Positions 60,941-64,000 of a stretch of 64,000 nt of DNA are shown here, one piece after another. Made by a program: the position numbers and the translations under genes. How positions within the stretch are numbered: position 1 is the first letter of the stretch; the number at the start of each line of letters is the position of its first letter. This DNA is from Candidatus Obscuribacteraceae bacterium. Its GTDB lineage: Bacteria > Cyanobacteriota > Vampirovibrionia > Obscuribacterales > Obscuribacteraceae. The notes under the pieces were generated by a model. It had not been told where the DNA came from and ran no database searches. It was given only the letters and a program-made list of their open reading frames with translations. The stretch lies in assembly GCA_044226015.1 (NCBI GenBank), contig JBGAHS010000002.1:433571-497570 (forward strand), given 5' to 3'.

Positions 60941-61729
60941 ATGAACGCCGCAAAGCAACTTAATGGAAAACGTATCCTGGTTACCAGACCGGCGCATCAG
61001 GCGCAGAAACTATGTAATTTGCTTCAAGAAGCCGGTGCGGAAGTATTCTGCCTTCCACTGCTCACAATTGGCGCACCAAAAAGTTGGAAAGACTTTGATG
61101 CAGCTTTTAAGAGCCTGAGCGAATATCAGTGGATAATTTTTGCTAGCGCAAATGCAGTAGAATCAACCATCGAACGAGCGCAAGCACTGAAGCTAGTCGA
61201 ATCTCTACACAAAATTGAAATTGCCTGCGTCGGCAAAGCAACAGCAGCCTGTCTTGAAGAGCTGGGATTGACACCCTCACTGGTGCCTAACAACTTTGTG
61301 GCAGAATCGCTCATCGAAGAGTTGAAGAAAAACGGCCCGGGTAAAGCACTCTGGCCAAAGACCACTAAAGGGCGGCTTCTTATCAAAGATGATCTTGAAA
61401 AACTAGGATGGAAGGTCGATGTTGTACACTCGTATATTACAGAGGGTCCGGAAGATCCGCACGCTTGCGCAAGAGAATTAGCGAATATGCTTCGCGAAAA
61501 AAACATCGACGTTATTACTCTAACCAGCTCAGAAACAGTTCTTCAACTCCACGCGATAAATGATATGTGCAAGACCGAATTTTCCACATCAATCGACAAA
61601 CTTAAATTGGCAGTAATCGGGCCTGAAACAGCGAAAACATGCCAAACTCTTTTTTCTCGCGTTGACATCCAGGCTGAGGAGTATTCAATGAAAGGTTTAG
61701 TCGAAGCTCTCTGCAACTATTACAGATAA
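60941..61729 (+). CDS. hemD: Uroporphyrinogen-III synthase
   Basis: ILVTRP, IIFASANAV, CVGKATA, TSSETV, IGPETA; follows hemC. Confidence 0.93.
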   Translation: MNAAKQLNGKRILVTRPAHQAQKLCNLLQEAGAEVFCLPLLTIGAPKSWKDFDAAFKSLSEYQWIIFASANAVESTIERAQALKLVESLHKIEIACVGKATAACLEELGLTPSLVPNNFVAESLIEELKKNGPGKALWPKTTKGRLLIKDDLEKLGWKVDVVHSYITEGPEDPHACARELANMLREKNIDVITLTSSETVLQLHAINDMCKTEFSTSIDKLKLAVIGPETAKTCQTLFSRVDIQAEEYSMKGLVEALCNYYR

Positions 61730-61830
61730 TTTTTTGAAGTCTTTTTGAATCAGAGATTTGAAAGAACTTCTGTGCCAACTTGGCGTATCCATTTCGCCCA
61801 GTCGATGCCGACTTCCTCAGCCACGCCTAA

Positions 61831-61910
61831 GCGGTGGAGTTTTCAGGAAAATCTGTGTGGGCGCGCCGGAGAAAAAACGCGAAACTCGAGCGGTACCGCC
61901 TTTCGGTACC
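61831..61910. repeat. Single degenerate copy of the 65-bp CGGTACCG unit in inverted orientation, plus an extra GGTACC
   Basis: Reverse complement GGTACCGCTCGAGTTTCGCGTTTTTTCT...CAGATTTTCCTGAAAACTCCACCG aligns with the unit at 60-125. Confidence 0.75.
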
Positions 61911-61954
61911 AAATTCCTCAGCCTAAGCCTTTTGCTCAGACCAAGCAGACCAAT

Positions 61955-62911
61955 TTATGTCCCCCTTAACAGGCGGTATTTTCTCAACATACTTTGTAGC
62001 TCAGCATAAAGACGCTCTACTTTTCTTACACCGTCACCACCGATGGTGAATAAAAGAGCATTCTTAAATTCGTTGGCACTCTGATAACGCTCATCCGCAT
62101 CCTCATCCATCGCCTTTAAGACGACTTTCTCAAGATCCTCAGGAAAAACGGAATCAGGACTGAGCTCCAAGAATGCCGACGGATGCAAATATTGGCGCTC
62201 ACGCAAAGTCGCTTTTATTTTCGCTCCAGAAAAAGCAGGTTTTCCATGCAACATTTCATACATCAAAACTGCCAGCGAGAAAATATCAGCTCGAGCATCG
62301 ATTTTTTTTCCTCTAATTTGCTCTGGAGAGTAATAGCAAATCTCCTGGTCGGCCAGCGTAATAGCCTGATAGGATCGCGCGGCGTTCTTATCGAAATCTG
62401 TATAAAATTCGCAGGACTTCGAAAGGTCGATCACTTTAGCAATTGCAGCAAGATCATCCGACTCGTGTAAAAAAATACGCTCAGGACGAAGACATCCACT
62501 TACAACAAAATTACGATGCATCACAGTCAAGGCATCACAAAGCTGAATCACTATAGGCAGCGCTTCCTCGAATGTAAAAGCTCCATGTTCCAAGATCAAT
62601 CGGCGCAACGAGCGCCCATCAAGAGCTTCTTCGACGATAAGAGAATTTTGTCCTGTTGTAGGCTCAAAATTCAATATTCGAATTATGTTTTTTGAACTCA
62701 AGCGAGAAAGCACTTCTGCTTCGAATTGCAGATTTTTGTGAGCCGATAAGTCCCCAGTGCTATAAACAGAAAGGGTCTTAAGCCAAACAGGAATATTATC
62801 CGGTTCGACAATTGCTGAATAAAGCTCAGTCTCATCGCATTTGTCGAGCAATCGGATCACTCGATATTGCCCATTTATGATGTCGCCGGATAAAAGCGCC
62901 CCAGTCTCCAT
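61955..62911 (-). CDS. Ser/Thr kinase-like protein, probable pseudokinase
   Basis: Kinase fold retained (VWLK, EAEVL, YYSPEQ, DIFSL, ERYQSA), but no Gly loop, HRD replaced by SGC and DFG by DLS. Confidence 0.8.
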   Translation of the reverse strand: METGALLSGDIINGQYRVIRLLDKCDETELYSAIVEPDNIPVWLKTLSVYSTGDLSAHKNLQFEAEVLSRLSSKNIIRILNFEPTTGQNSLIVEEALDGRSLRRLILEHGAFTFEEALPIVIQLCDALTVMHRNFVVSGCLRPERIFLHESDDLAAIAKVIDLSKSCEFYTDFDKNAARSYQAITLADQEICYYSPEQIRGKKIDARADIFSLAVLMYEMLHGKPAFSGAKIKATLRERQYLHPSAFLELSPDSVFPEDLEKVVLKAMDEDADERYQSANEFKNALLFTIGGDGVRKVERLYAELQSMLRKYRLLRGT

Positions 62912-63024
62912 TAATTATCTACCAGAATCAGCCGAAGATCCCCTGAATCAGCGGGTTCAAGGATATAGTTAGTATATCGATTTTTGTAGTGAAGAAGTTC
63001 CGCAAATTACTCTGGAGATTAAAA

Positions 63025-64000
63025 ATGTCCCCGGTGACAAGTAAACAATCTGGCACGGAAGAAAAGAGCAAAACAGCAGTTCCGACACCAGATCACAGAA
63101 TGCGACGACTCAGAGCATCTGAAGGTCTGCGCGCAATGGTTCGAGAGACCTATATCAGGCTCGACAAGCTCATTTATCCGTTGTTCATCGTAGAAGGCAA
63201 CGGCTTCCAAAAGCCGATATCTTCGATGCCCAACATTCATCAACAGAGTATTGATGTTATGCTCAAAGAAGTCGAAGAGGTCGCAAAAGCCGGGCTTCAG
63301 TCGGTTATATTATTCGGAATTCCCGCAACAAAAGACACAGAAGCATCTGGTGCCTGGCGCTCAGACGGCATTGTGCAAAAAGCAACACGTGAAATAAAGA
63401 AGCGTTTTCCCGAACTGTTAGTTGTAGCCGATACATGCCTCTGTGAATACATGAGTCACGGACATTGTGGAATTGTGGAAAATGGCAAAGTCGTAAATGA
63501 TCCTAGCCTAGAAATTCTAGCTCGATCTGCTGTTTCACAAGCCGAAGCTGGAGCAGACATTATTGCACCATCAGACATGATGGACGGAAGAATAGCTGCA
63601 ATACGCCATGCCTTAGACGAAGCAGGTTTTCTCGATATACCAATAATGGCTTACAGTGCGAAGTTCGCTTCCGCATTTTATGGTCCGTTTAGAGAAGCTG
63701 CTGAATCTGCGCCACAATTCGGTGATCGCAAGACCTATCAGATGGATCCACCAAATATTCGCGAAGCACTACAAGAAATCGAACTAGATATTTCCGAAGG
63801 TGCGGACATAGTAATGGTCAAACCAGCTATGCCGTACTTAGATGTAATTAGCAAAGCTAGAGAGATTACCAGGCTGCCAATTGCGGCATATAATGTCTCA
63901 GGAGAATATTCCATGGTCAAAGCAGCCGCGGCTAATGGCTGGATTGACGAGAAGAAGGTCGTAATAGAAAGCTTGACAGGCATCTTCCGTGCCGGAGCCG
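63025..64000 (+). CDS. hemB: Porphobilinogen synthase (ALA dehydratase), truncated by the window end
   Basis: Manual translation from ATG 63025: [57 protein letters not shown]. Absent from the ORF track because it has no stop in the window. Confidence 0.96.
   Translation, partial: MSPVTSKQSGTEEKSKTAVPTPDHRMRRLRASEGLRAMVRETYIRLDKLIYPLFIVEGNGFQKPISSMPNIHQQSIDVMLKEVEEVAKAGLQSVILFGIPATKDTEASGAWRSDGIVQKATREIKKRFPELLVVADTCLCEYMSHGHCGIVENGKVVNDPSLEILARSAVSQAEAGADIIAPSDMMDGRIAAIRHALDEAGFLDIPIMAYSAKFASAFYGPFREAAESAPQFGDRKTYQMDPPNIREALQEIELDISEGADIVMVKPAMPYLDVISKAREITRLPIAAYNVSGEYSMVKAAAANGWIDEKKVVIESLTGIFRAGA

Overview
Mostly chromosomal housekeeping DNA from a diderm bacterium. The gene mix (cyanobacteria-like Ffh tail, DHH-CBS tRNA nucleotidyltransferase, cyanobacterial-style 6S-like RNA, several Ser/Thr kinases, no photosynthesis genes in this window) suggests a Melainabacteria/Obscuribacterales-type organism, which is an inference. 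Core genes are xpt, ffh-rpsP-khpA, gcvT-gcvH, murD-ftsW-murG, a yebC-family gene, rlpA, gltX, cysS, tRNA-Ser(CGA) and hemA-hemC-hemD plus a partial hemB. Accessory content includes an ABC-HlyD-TolC exporter between two kinase genes, a doubled NfeD/flotillin cluster and several low-complexity repeat proteins. The most striking unexplained signals are: (1) a dispersed REP/BIME-like palindromic repeat family centred on CGGTACCG at six intergenic sites; (2) a gene resembling an IS1595 transposase whose catalytic core appears replaced by a DprA-type winged helix, lying beside two long perfect hairpins and the tRNA 3' end; (3) a His-lined Gly-X-Y repeat NfeD paired with an Asp-repeat NfeD; (4) probable structured RNAs upstream of gcvT and rlpA. 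All calls were made by eye, without database searches.
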